Assembly (NCBI RefSeq): GCF_963921235.1 | Contig: NC_086097.1 | Location: 194,372,001-194,436,000, forward strand | Length of the DNA stretch: 64,000 nucleotides | Source: Mobula hypostoma | Lineage: Eukaryota | Reading direction: 5' to 3' | Shown: in pieces, positions 26,735-38,084 of the stretch | Layout: each line of letters begins with the position of its first letter | How positions within the stretch are numbered: the stretch's first letter is position 1 | Notes under the pieces: model-generated | What the model saw: the letters and a program-made list of their open reading frames with translations, nothing else | The model's database searches: none | What the model was told of the DNA's origin: nothing | Program-made: the position numbers and the translations under genes

Positions 26735-28159
26735 ACCCAGAGGATGGGCAAGGGGTATATTCAGAGGGACAGAGGGAGAAAAAGGAGAGTGAGAGAAAGA
26801 ATGTGTGTATAAAAATAAGTTACAGATGGGGTACGAGGGGAAGGTGGGGCATTAGTGGAAGTTAAAGAAGTCGATGTTCATGCCATCAGGTTGGAGGCTA
26901 CCCAGACGGAATATAAGGTGTTGTTCCTCCAACCTGAGTGTGGCTTCATCTTTACAGTAGAGGAGGCCGTGGATAGACATGTCAGAATGGGAATGGGATG
27001 TGGAATTAAAATGTGTGGTCACTGGGAGATCCTGCTTTCTCTGGTGGACAGAGCGTAGATGTTCAGCAAAGCGGTCTCCCAGTCTGCGCTGGGTCTCGCC
27101 AATATATAAAAGGCCACATCGGGAGCACCGGACGCAGTATATCACACCAGCCGACTCACAGGTGAAGTGTTGCCTCACCTGGAAGGACTGTTTGGGGCCC
27201 TGAATGGTGGTAAGGGAGGAAATGTAAGGGCATGCGTCGCACTTGTTCCGCTTACACGGATAAGTGCCAGGAAGGAGATCAGTGGGGAGGGATGGGGGGG
27301 ACGAATGGACAAGGGAGTTGCGTAGGGAGCGATCCCTGCGGAATGCAGAGAGAGGCAGGGAGGGAAAGATGTGCTTAGTGGTGGGATCCCGTTGGAGGTG
27401 GCGGAAGTTACGGAGAATAATATGTTGGACCCGGAGGCTGGTGGGGTGGTAGGTGAGGACCAGGGGAACCCTATTCCTAGTGGGGTGGTGAGAGGATGGA
27501 GTGAGAGCAGATGTATGTGAAATGGGGGAGATGTGTTTAAGAGCAGAGTTGATAGTGGAGGAAGGGAAGCCCCTTTCTTTAAAAAAGGAAGACATCTCCC
27601 TTGTCCCAGAATGAAAAGCCTCATCCTGGGAGTAGATGCGGCGGAGACGGAGGAATTGCGAGAAGGGGGTGGCGTTTTTGCAAGAGACAGGGTGAGAAGA
27701 GGAATAGTCCAGATAGCTGTGAGAGTCAGTAGGCTTATAGTAGACATCAGTGGATAAGCTGTCTCCAGAGATAGAGACAGAAAAATCTAGAAAGGGGAGG
27801 GAGGTGTCGGAAATGGACCAGGTAAACGTGAGGGCAGGGTGAAAGTTGGAGGCAAAGTTAATAAAGTCAATGAGCTCTGCATGCATGCAGGAAGCAGCGC
27901 CAATGCAGTCGTCGATATAGCGAAGGAAAAGTGGGGGACAGATACCAGAATAGGCACGGAACATAGATTGTTCCACAAAGCCAACAAAAAGGCAGGCATA
28001 GCTAGGACCCATACGGGTGCCCATAGCTACACCTTTAGTATGGAGGAAGTGGGAGGAGCCAAAGGAGAAATTATTAAGAGTAAGGACTAATTCCGCTAGA
28101 CGGAGCAGAGTGGAGGTAGAGGGGAACTGATTAGGTCTGGAATCCAAAAAGAAGCGTAG
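26735..28159 (-). mobile_element. Penelope-like element (Neptune-type), 5'-truncated, young
   Basis: GVAMGTRMGPSYACLF, RYIDD, LPFLD, Cys linker CKRNKCDAC, and GIY-YIG nuclease (GVIYCVRCSRCGLLYIGETQR...GMN). Confidence 0.95.
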
Positions 28160-28360
28160 ACCAGCCCTCTGACACCGAGCACCGAGCACCATCTCTGCCG
28201 AGCGCTTCGACCCCGGCCCTGGCAACAGGCAATAGGCAAAGCAGAGGATTTGGGGCCTTCCCCTCTGGAGATTCTGGATCGCACAGTAGCAGCGGCAGTG
28301 AAGCAGGCATTTCAGAAGTTTCTCTAAATGTTCCTCTGTGCTTCTCATGTCTGTCTCCAT
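26852..28360 (-). CDS. Open chimeric ORF: ~67 aa from a non-autonomous repeat fused to PLE partial RT + GIY-YIG endonuclease (expression unknown)
   Basis: Stop-free frame 28378-26852; first ATG at 28360; junction near 28160. Confidence 0.35.
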   Translation of the reverse strand: METDMRSTEEHLEKLLKCLLHCRCYCAIQNLQRGRPQILCFAYCLLPGPGSKRSAEMVLGARCQRAGLRFFLDSRPNQFPSTSTLLRLAELVLTLNNFSFGSSHFLHTKGVAMGTRMGPSYACLFVGFVEQSMFRAYSGICPPLFLRYIDDCIGAASCMHAELIDFINFASNFHPALTFTWSISDTSLPFLDFSVSISGDSLSTDVYYKPTDSHSYLDYSSSHPVSCKNATPFSQFLRLRRIYSQDEAFHSGTREMSSFFKERGFPSSTINSALKHISPISHTSALTPSSHHPTRNRVPLVLTYHPTSLRVQHIILRNFRHLQRDPTTKHIFPSLPLSAFRRDRSLRNSLVHSSPPSLPTDLLPGTYPCKRNKCDACPYISSLTTIQGPKQSFQVRQHFTCESAGVIYCVRCSRCGLLYIGETQRRLGDRFAEHLRSVHQRKQDLPVTTHFNSTSHSHSDMSIHGLLYCKDEATLRLEEQHLIFRLGSLQPDGMNIDFFNFH

Positions 28361-28420
28361 TAAATCAGGATTGTGCACGGTACCTACTTAACAAATACCA
28401 ATATCACTTCGGAGTGGCAG
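28160..28420 (-). mobile_element. 5' part of the non-autonomous element also at 25180-25868
   Basis: Both copies translate as HNPDLMETD.RSTEEHLEKLLKCL. Confidence 0.9.
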
Positions 28421-28449
28421 CATTTAAGAAATGCTCTGAAAATAAGGAA

Positions 28450-29800
28450 GTGATATGACAGTGAGCCTGGTATCAGTAGTGGGAAAGTGATTGGAAGGTA
28501 GCCTGAGGAATTGGATAAATGAGTTTTGGGGAATATTCAGGACTGATTAGGGATAGTCGGCATGGCTCTGTGTGTGGTAGGTCGTGTCTAACCAATCTTA
28601 TAGAGTTTTCAAGAAATTTTCCAGGAAAACAGATGAGGGCAAGGCAATGGATGTTGTCTACATGGATGTTAGCAGTATACTTGACAAGGCCACGAATGGG
28701 AGGTTGGTCAGGAAGGTTCAGTCGCTTGGTGTTCAAGATGAGGTAGTGGATTGAATAAGACATTGGCTTTATAGGAGAAACCTGAAATTGGTAGTAGATG
28801 GTTGCCTCTGATTGGATGCCTGTGACTAATGGCATGCTACAATGATCAGTGCTGGGTCTGTTGTTGTTTGTCATCTATATCAGTGATCTCGATGATAATG
28901 TGGTTGACTGGATAAGCAAATCTGCAGATGACACCAAGATTAGGGGTGTACTGGACAGAGAGAAAGACTATCAGCACTTGCAGTGGGATCTGGATCAGCT
29001 GGAAAAATTGACTGAAAAATGGCAGGTGGAACTTAATGCAGACAAGTGTGGCACTTTGGTAGGATCAACCAAGGTAAGGTAGGGTACAGAGAAGTGCTGT
29101 AGGACAAAGGTATGTGGGATTACAGGTCCGTCATTAATTGAATGTGGCAGCACAAGTAGATAGGGTCATAAAGAAAGCTCATGGCACATTGGTCTTTATA
29201 AATCAACGTATTGAGTGCAGGAGGTGGGTTGTTATGTTGAAATTGTATAAGACATTTGTGAGCCCTAATATTGAGTGTTGTGTTTAGTTTTGGTCACCTA
29301 CCTACAGGAAAGATGTAAATGAAGTTAAAAAGTACAGAGAAAATTTATGAGGTTGTTGCTGGTTTTGGAGGACTTGAGTTATAATGAAAGTTTGAATAGT
29401 TTAGGACTTTATTCCTTGGAACGTAGAAGATTGAGATGAGATTTGATAGAGGTATGCAAAATTATGAGAGGTATAGATAGAGTAAATGCAAACAGGCTTT
29501 TTCCACTAAAGTTGGGTAAGACTAGAACTTGAGGTCATGGGTTAAGGGTGAAAAGTGAAAAGTTTAACAGGAACAAAGGGAAACTTCTTCACTCAAAGGT
29601 TTATGAGAGTATGGAATGAGCTATCAGTGTAAATGGTGCATGTGAGCTTGATTCAACGTTTAAGAGAAATTTGGATAGGTATATAGATAATAGGGGTATG
29701 GATGGTTATGGTCTGGGTGCAGATCAATGGAATTAGGCAGATTAAGTGGTTCGACATGGACTAGATTGGCTGTGCTGTACTTTTCTGTGACTCTATGTAC
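28450..29800 (+). mobile_element. CR1 LINE RT + 3' end, degraded
   Basis: GLIRDSRHG...GRSCLTNLIEF, ISKSADDTKI and 3' UTR. Confidence 0.9.
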
Positions 29801-30444
29801 AAATATTCCAACCACGATGCAATATTCATACAGAAGTCATAAACATAATTCAAATTTAGTAGCCCCAACCCTCTTAGCAATCAATCAAATCTTCAATATT
29901 CTCTCCTTAGCTTTTTGATCCTAATCCATGCAAACTGTACTAAGTAGCATGGTCCCTTGGTTTTATTATCATTTTAGCAGCTGGGTGTGAAAATCTTGTG
30001 AGAAACAAAGAGCTGCTTCTAAATCAGGAAGGGCAGACAAACTATTTCAGGCAATATGTTTTTATCTTAGCTTTGGGAGAAATTATTCATTTGTAACTTG
30101 CAGAAATATCAGTTTACGGATAGCTCTTAGAAATGAACCTTTATCTACCCTTAAGTACCTGTCCTTCCATGAATGGAATTAGGTCCTTCCTATTCAACTT
30201 GTTAAGGATTTTGTAGTTTTATATATTTTAATTGTATTTTCTTCAGCCTACTAATCAACCTGATCCTCAAAGATAAAATTATTTAGTACTGACAACATTT
30301 TCATAAATTATATTTGTTATCCTCCCTATTCCAGTACATTCTTCCTATAATATAGTGACCGATATTTCAATGGAACAAGGCTTTTTCGTCACCACCTCTA
30401 CAACCTCAAAGAACAAAACCAAAAGGTCAACAGGAACATCAGCA

Positions 30445-30590
30445 AACACGAGGAATTCTGCAGATGCTGGAGATTCAAGCAACACACATCAAAGTTGCTG
30501 TTGAGGGTCCCGGCCTGAAAAGGCGACTGTTCCTCTTCCTAGAGATGCTGCCTGACCTGCTGCGTTCACCAGCAACTTTGATGTGTGTTG
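30445..30590. mobile_element. Mini PLE-terminus insertion with internal inversion
   Basis: 14-bp direct repeat CAGGAACATCAGCA at 30431-30444 and 30591-30604; 22-bp inverted arms at 30479-30500 and 30570-30591; hammerhead-like remnant GAGGGTCCCGGCCTGAAAAGGCGACTG. Confidence 0.8.
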
Positions 30591-30614
30591 CAGGAACATC
30601 AGCATCTCCTTCTT

Positions 30615-31600
30615 CTTTTCCAATACTTTTCACATTGTTTGTTAATGATTTAGATAATAGAATTGATGACTTTGTGACAAAGTTTGTGGATGATATGAAA
30701 ATAGGCAGAGGAGAAGGTAGTGCTGAGAAAGGAATATGATAAGGACTTAGACAAATTGGAAGAATGGTCAAAAGGTGGCAGATGGAATATAGTGTTGGGA
30801 ATTGTATGAAAATGCACTGCAGTAAAAGGAACAATAGTGCAGACTATTATCAAAGTGGGGAGAAGGTTCAAACTTCAGTGGTGCAGAGGGACTTAAGAGT
30901 TCTCGTGCAAGATTCCCAGAAGGTTGATTTATAGGTTGTCTATGGTAAAGAAGGCAAATGCAATGTTGGCATTTATTTCAAGGGAAATAGAATATAAAAG
31001 CAAGGAGGTAATGCTGAGCCTTTATAAGACACTAGTCAGACTGCATTTAGAGTATAGTCTACAGTTTTGGGCCCCATATCTCAGGAAGAATAAGTTGTCA
31101 TTGGAGAGAATCCAGTGGAGGTTCACAAGGATGATTCCGGGAATAAAGGGGTTAATATATGAGGAACGTTTGGCAGCTTTGGACCTGTATTCACTGGAAC
31201 TTAGAAGAATGCGAGGGGATCTCATTGAAACCTACTGAATGTTGAAAGGACTAGATACAATGATGTTTCCTATGGTGAGAGTATCCAGAACTAGAGGGCA
31301 GAGCCTCAAGATTGAGGGGTGACCCTTTAGAATAGAGGTATGGAAGAATTTCTTTTAACCAAAGAGTAGTAAATCTGTGGAATTCTCTGCCACAGACTGC
31401 GGCAGAGGCCAAGTCCATGGATATACTTAAGGCAGAAGTTGATAGTTTCCTGATCGATCAGGGTATCAACGAATATGGCGAGAAGGCAGGTGTATGGGGT
31501 TGTGTGGGATCCGGGATCAGCCATGATGGAACAGCGGAGCAGAGTCGATGGGATGAATGGCCTAATACTGCTCCTATGTCTTGTGGTCTTATGGTCTCTT
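30615..31600 (+). mobile_element. CR1 LINE 3' fragment
   Basis: LFVNDLD...KFVDDMKI, VKKANAMLAFISR...RRMRGDLIETY and 3' UTR. Confidence 0.92.
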
Positions 31601-32854
31601 CCAAAGCATACATACTGACTTGGAAATAGATCACCAATTCTTTGCTGTTACTGTGTTGAAATCCTGGAATTTTCCACATAATAGCACTGAAAAGATCAAT
31701 AATAGATGAAGAAGCAAAACATCATCACCTTTTCAACAATTAAAGATGGAGTTTCAAATGCTGGTCTTGTCAGAGATGTCCATGCTTCATGAAAGTATAA
31801 AGGAGTGCACTTTGGCATATTTATAACATATCTCGGTCATGCATTCTGAATGATTGAAAACAGGAACTGTTTTACAATATTTGAATAAATATTAAATAAT
31901 GTACATTTTACAGCCACAGTTCTTTCAAAGTACTTTAATTATCTGAATCTGTGCATTCAAAGCCTTGGGAATAATTAACTCTCAATCTTTAAAATATGCT
32001 CATTGTAGGATTCAAACTCTTGGGAATGCTTCGTCTTGACACCTGTGTAAAATTAGAAATGATCCAATCTCCAACAATGATATTTCCAAAGAGTGACAAA
32101 GACAAAATTGTCTCCCCCGCCATTTGAATAACTGAATAATTTCTATCAACTATGTATATTGCTTTGTGAAGATACTTTGAGAAATTGATGGTGGTTTAAG
32201 ATGGCACTGATGAAACACAGCAAACAAAACTATCAGTTACTGTATTCATCACACCCTTTCTTGGAAACGATCACTGCAATCAATAGCCTGTAACTTTTTG
32301 AGCTTTTGAGCTGCCTGAGTACCTGGTATTTTTGGAGTGTCAATTGAAATCTTGAAGATACAGGATGGTTGCTGCTTGGCAGGTATGGGCTGAATTGAGG
32401 TGGTACGACCCAGGCCTGAGAGTGAGGAATGACTCACTGTTTGGCTGATTTAAGCACCGGGCCAGATGGGAAAGGTTGGGTATGGGTTGAATTGAGCTGG
32501 CGGATCCCAGGACTGAGAGTGAAGAAAGATCTGTTGTTTGGCTGATTTAAGTGCTGGGCCAGACTTGAAAAGTTGGATACAGGCTGAATAGCGGTGGCAG
32601 GTCTGAGCCCAAGGGGATAACCAAGTGGTAGGGCCTGGGTAGGAATGATCCGAAGTTTGGCTGATTTAAGTGCTGGGCCAGATTGAAAAGGTTAGGGTGT
32701 CAGGGCTGGAGGAGAGGGATGTGCCCATGTTTTCTTGTTGCTTGGCTAGATTGACTCGTCTTTGCGCTGAACTGAGGCTGTGGCCTTCAACTAATGGGCT
32801 CCTGGGCCAGCTGTAGTGGTGACTGTCTTCATGGCTGTCATCACTTTTGTGAAC

Positions 32855-32977
32855 AACACACATAAAAGTTGCTGGTGAATGCAGCAGGTCAGGCAGCATC
32901 TGTAGGAAGAGGTGCAGTTGACTTTTCAGGTCGAGACCCTTCGTCAGGACTAACTGAAGGAAGAGTGAGTAAGGGAT
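32855..32977 (-). mobile_element. Mini PLE-terminus insertion
   Basis: 10-bp TSD TTTTGTGAAC at 32845-32854 and 32978-32987; body is homologous to the inserts at 30445 and 39384. Confidence 0.8.
32914..32952 (-). ncRNA. Minimal type I hammerhead ribozyme motif (degenerate, PLE-type)
   Basis: Minus strand reads AGTC-CTGACGA-AGGGTCTCGACCT-GAAA-AGTC-AACTG, i.e. CUGANGA, stem II, GAAA and GUC; the usual palindromic ACGU of stem III appears mutated. Confidence 0.6.
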
Positions 32978-33130
32978 TTTTGTGAACTTCAGTTCTGAAT
33001 GTTTATTGTTTGCACAACTTGTTTTTTTCCTGCACATTGGGTGTTTGACTGTCTTCTTTGTTAATGGGTTCTGTTGGGTTTCTTTGTTTTGTGGCTGGCT
33101 GTAAGGAGACAAATCTTAAAGTTCAGAGTT

Positions 33131-33980
33131 CAAAGCTGATAGTACGTTTATTATCAAATTATGTATAGTTTATACAAACTTGACGTTCATCTCCTTCCAG
33201 GCAGTCGCAAAACAAAAAAAAAACCCAACAGAATCCATTAAAATAAAAGACGACAGTCAAACACCCAATGTGCAGAGAATAAAACAAATTGTTCAAACAG
33301 TAAAAGTAGAGAAAGAGCATTCAGAACTGAAGTTCACAAAAAGTGAGTACAGACATGAAGCCAGGCATCAGGAGGCCATTAGTTGCAGACCACAGCCTCA
33401 GTTCAGTGCAGAGACGAGTGAAGCTCCTGAAGCAGTGAGCTGAACCTGCTCATCCCTCGACTCTGGCCCTGACACCCTGACCTTTTTAGCTGTCTAAACC
33501 TCAGCTCATTCCTTGCCCTTGGACTCGAACCCTGCTGCTTGGACCCAATACCTGCCTGTTTGATTTAACTTGTAACTGATCTTTCCAATTCAGCTCGCTG
33601 CTTAAATCTTTCAGATCTTGGGTCACTCCTTGTTCTTGGGCCCGGGCTCTGCCTCACCACAGTTCTGCCATGGTTCTGCTTCCAAATCTGTTCTAGCAAC
33701 GGCCATACACTGTTTCATTCCATGCTGTCAGGCCCAGACACTGCCACCTCGATGCAACCCATACATGCCACGCCGTAACCATCTGCACCCTCAAGACTTC
33801 AGTTCGCACCGCAAAAATGCCAGATTTTAGAGGCATTTCAAAAGCTCAACTCTGACAGGGAAGTTACAGGCTATTGTTTGCAGTGATCATTTACCAGAAG
33901 CAGTATGATTAGTAAAGTATTTAGTTGTTTTGTTTGCCACCAGCAAGTAGTTGCTGAACTTCACCAGTACCATCAATATT
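33131..33980 (-). mobile_element. Related non-autonomous retroelement, tail-to-tail with 32190-33130
   Basis: 33177-33343 is a diverged reverse complement of ~32978-33123. Confidence 0.65.
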
Positions 33981-34244
33981 TATTACCAATGTATGTATAT
34001 AGTATACATACTTTGATAATAAATATACTTTCAACTTTAAAACAAAGATCTAATAAGAAAGCAAATTATTACATTAAAAATGAATTTGAAATCTGTCAAA
34101 GATATTTACAAGTTACTGTTGTGTAAATGCTTCTTATTTTCTCTTTGGGAGATACTTCCCCGGCAGTTTCAGAATGAGAATCTCTAGTTGATTATTGAAA
34201 TTAAATAGTCGTCTTCTTGTAAGACATTTCACAAAATAACTTTT

Positions 34245-34480
34245 ATTTATTTACTTATTTACAAATGTAGCCCTTCCAGCCCCTCAAGCTGTGGCATTCG
34301 GCAACCCCTGATTTCACCTTAGCCTAATCACGGGATAATTTACAATGACCAATTAACCAGCAAACTGGTATGTCTTTGGACTGTGGGAAGAAACCAGAGC
34401 ACCCAGAGAAAACCCACGCATTCCATGGGGAGGATGTCCTTACAGAGACAGTGTTGTGCTAATCGCCATGCTACTGTGGT
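34245..34480 (-). mobile_element. V-SINE (HE1-like) fragment
   Basis: GTCTTTGGACTGTGGGAAGAAACCAGAGCACCCAGAGAAAACCCACGCA is the reverse of the V core. Confidence 0.75.
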
Positions 34481-36220
34481 ACCCATGGTTTTCTTGTAAA
34501 CAATTAACTTATCTCAAAAGTGCTTTGGCTTACAGAAATATTTAGGAAGCATCTGACTCATCTCTCATTTCTTGTCCTTGAATTAGACAGTAGGTACACT
34601 AATTTCAATGCAGTGAAAATCCAAGCTAATATTTTGCTTTAATACCCTTTCTCAGAATGTACTTTAGTCAGAAGGTGGCGGGTCAGTGAGAGAAGAGCTT
34701 TGCATTTGGAGAATTGGCTTGATTTGCTTTTCCACTTGGGTTCTGGTGAACTCTTCATCTTAGCCTTGAATTTCTTCTTCTACTCTCCATTTTGTATGCT
34801 TAATATTCTTGTATCCATTTTCAAATGTTCCTATTCTAGTTTATTTAACCACTCTCTTGCACTTTGCTCTTTAAATTTGTATTTCTGCTCTCCTTTAAAT
34901 CTCCTTTACAATTATCCAGCCTCTTTTCATGTCTCAGAAACAGCAAACCAGTGAACCTCTTTGCAAACAACCACCTGGAGAAATCCAGTGCTCAGGGTAG
35001 ACCAACTCAGTACAGATGAGCTATGATCTTACCGAATAGCAGAACGGTACAAAGGGCTGTATATCATGTTACTCCTTGGTTCTTGTATTCTTATCTAATC
35101 TGTGTTCAAGGGGACTGTGAATATTAGGGTGCAGTTCCATTTCTCCAGACTCTATTTTTCCATTTAACTGTAGCTATGTGTGATGTCTCATTCAGATCAA
35201 CTCCAAGATCCCTAATGCTTGTTTTGATCCATAACTTTTCTTTCTTTCGTTCAACCCAAATGTAAGTGATCTCTGCATTCAATGTTAATGGAAAGATTAC
35301 CTCTTACAAAAAATGATGGGCTTTCGAATGGAAGTTTAATTTAAAGAATGAATATAAGAGGATTGCGTGTAATTTTGGATATTGCATCCAATAAATTATT
35401 TTAAAATGATCCTCTAACGACTTCTTATTTTTCTTACATGTGGTTGTCATTGTCAGGACCAACGTTAGTTATCTTCCTCTAATTATCCCTAAGCAGCTGC
35501 ATTTCTTGTGGTGGAGGAAGTCGAACAGTGACATGCTGTAGGGAACTTCAAGGGCTAGACTCAGTTACAATGTCAAAATGGCAATGTACTTCTCAGTCAA
35601 GACAGTGTGTAGCTTTGAAAAGAACCTGCAGCTTGTGGTTTTTCCTTGGTGCTCATTTCCCTTGACGTTTTTGGTGTAGAAGTTGCAGGTTTGGGAAGTG
35701 ATGTCAGAGCTAGTAACCGCAGAACATTTTATGAACAATACACACTGTGATAGAGTGAGAATATTTAGGGTGGTACATGGAGAGGTAATCACATGGCTAG
35801 TGGAAGCTTCTTGAGTTTTTTGAAGCTTCACTTATCCAGGCAAGTGGGGGTGGGGGGAGGTGGAATCCTGTCTTGTGCTTTATAGATGCTATCAGGAAGT
35901 GTATAATTTGCCTGTAGTATATATTGTTTTTCTTGTTCTTGTAGATGGTCTATTTGAGTTTCTATTAGTGGTGACCCCCACAAATGTTAGTGATATAGGA
36001 TTTGGCTATTCAGCTAAGTAAATACCATTGAATAGAAATGATAGGTCATTATTCTCAGTCTTCTTGGAGCTGGCGTTGTCTGGCACTTGTGCCGTGAATG
36101 CTATTATTTTTAGAAGCATTATATCAGTGACTGAAGAATGTTTTGTTGAATTCAAGCATGGATTGCTTCATACGTATGAATGGAATCAAAATCAGCAATG
36201 ATTATCTGCACTTATCACTT

Positions 36221-38050
36221 AATCAGAATCAGGTTTATTATCACTGGCATGTGACATGAAATTTGTTAACTTAGTAGCAGCAGTTCAATGCAATACATTA
36301 CATAGAAGAAAAAAAAATAATAAATAAATAAGTAATCTTTTTCAGTATACTTTATACAATATACGTATATTGAATAGATTAAAAATTGTGCAAAAAAAAG
36401 AGATAACATATATTTAAAAAAAAAAGCGAGGTTGTGTCCAAGGGTTCAATGTCCATCGGAATCAGATGGCAGAGGGGAAGAAGCTATTCCTGAATCGCTG
36501 AGTGTGTGCCTTCAGGCTTCTGTACCTCCTATCTGATGGTAACAGTGAGAAAAGGGCATGCCCTCGGTGCTGGACGTCCCTAATAATGGATGCTGCTCCT
36601 TGAGGATGTCCTGGGTACTTTGTAGGCTAGTACCCAAGATGGAGCTGACTAAATTTACAACCCTCTGCAGCTTCTTTTGGTTCTGTGCAGTAGCCCCCCC
36701 ACCCCGCCCCCCCATACCACACAGTGATGTAGTCTGTCAGAATGCTCTCCACGCTACATCTATTGAAGTTTTTGAATATACTTGTTGACATATCAAATGT
36801 CTTCAAACTCCTAATAAAGTATAGCTGCTGTCTTGCCTTCTTTATAACTGCATTGATATGTTGGGACCAGGTTAGATCCTCAGAGATCTTGACACCCAGG
36901 AATTTGTAACTGCTCATTCTCTCTACTTCTGATGAGGATTGGTATGTGTTCCTTCATCTTACCCTTCCTGAAGTCCACAATCAGCTCTTTCGTCTTACTG
37001 ACGTTGAGTGCCAGGTTGTTGTTGTGGCACCACTCCACTAGTTGGCATATCTCACTCCTGTACATCCTCTCATCACCACCTGAGATTCTATCAACAATGG
37101 TTGCATCATCAGCAAATTTATAGTTGCTGTTTGAGCTATGCCTAGCCACACAGTCACGTGTATGTAGAGAGTAGAACAGTGGGCTAAGCACACACCCCTG
37201 AGGTACACCAGTGTTAATCGTCAGCGAGGAGGAGATGTTATTACCAATCCACACAGATTGTGGTGTTCTGGTTAGGAAGTCGAGGATCCAATTGCAGAGG
37301 GAGGTACAGAGGCCCAGGATCTGCAATTTCTCAATCAGGATTGTGGGAATGATGGTATTAAGTGGTGAGCTATAGTCGATGAACAGCATCCTGACATTGT
37401 TGTTTGTGGAGAGCCATTTAGAATGCTCTACCATTAACCTATTGTGGCGATAGGCAAATTGCAATGTGCCCAGGTCCTTGCTGAGGCAGGAGTTCAGTCT
37501 AGTCATGACCAACCTCTCAAAGCATTTCATCACTGTAGATCTGATTGCTATTAGGTGATAGTCATTAAGGCAGCTCACATTATTCTTAGGCAGTGGTATA
37601 ATTGTTGTCTTTTTGAAGCAAGTGGGCACTTCCACCCATAGCAGTGAGAGGTTGAAAATGTCCTTGAATACTCCCGCCAGTTGGTTGGCACAGGTTTTCA
37701 GGGCCTTACCAGGCACTCCATCGGGACCTTCTGCCTTGGGAGGGTTCACTCTCTTTAAAGACAGTCTAACTTTGGCCTCTGAGTCAAAGATCACAGCGTC
37801 ATCCGGTGCAGCAGGGATCTACACAGCTGTAGTTGTATTCTCCCTTTCAAAGCAGGCATAGAAGGCATTGATTGCCATTCATGCTATTGGGTTTCGCTTT
37901 GTAGGAAAAAAATGTCTTGCAAGCCCTGCCAGAGTTGTTGTGCATCCAGTGTTACCTCCAACTTTTTCAAAATTGTCTCTTCACCCTTGAAATAGCCCTC
38001 TGCAAATCATACCTAGTTTTCTGGTACAAGTCTGGATTGCCAGACTTGAA
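36221..38050 (-). mobile_element. Rex1/Babar LINE (RT + 3' end), degraded
   Basis: ORF 36880-37794 (KAEGPDGVP, MKCFERLV, GVPQGCVLSP, YKFADD); YKFLGVKISEDLTWS; (GATTCT) tail. Confidence 0.93.
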
Positions 38051-38084
38051 TTAGAACATAGAACGTAGATGGCAGTGCGTTTGG

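Larger units (their letters stand above)
32190..33130 (+). mobile_element. Non-autonomous retroelement with ~3 internal ~100-bp tandem units
   Basis: Starts AAGATGGCAC; TTTGGCTGATTTAAG...GGGCCAGA recurs at ~32440, 32537 and 32656; LINE-like T-rich tail. Confidence 0.65.

Noticed and set aside
32387..32700. Regularly spaced repeats resembling a CRISPR array
   Set aside because: The whole ~100-bp units are homologous, with no unique spacers, so this is an internal tandem repeat of a retroelement.
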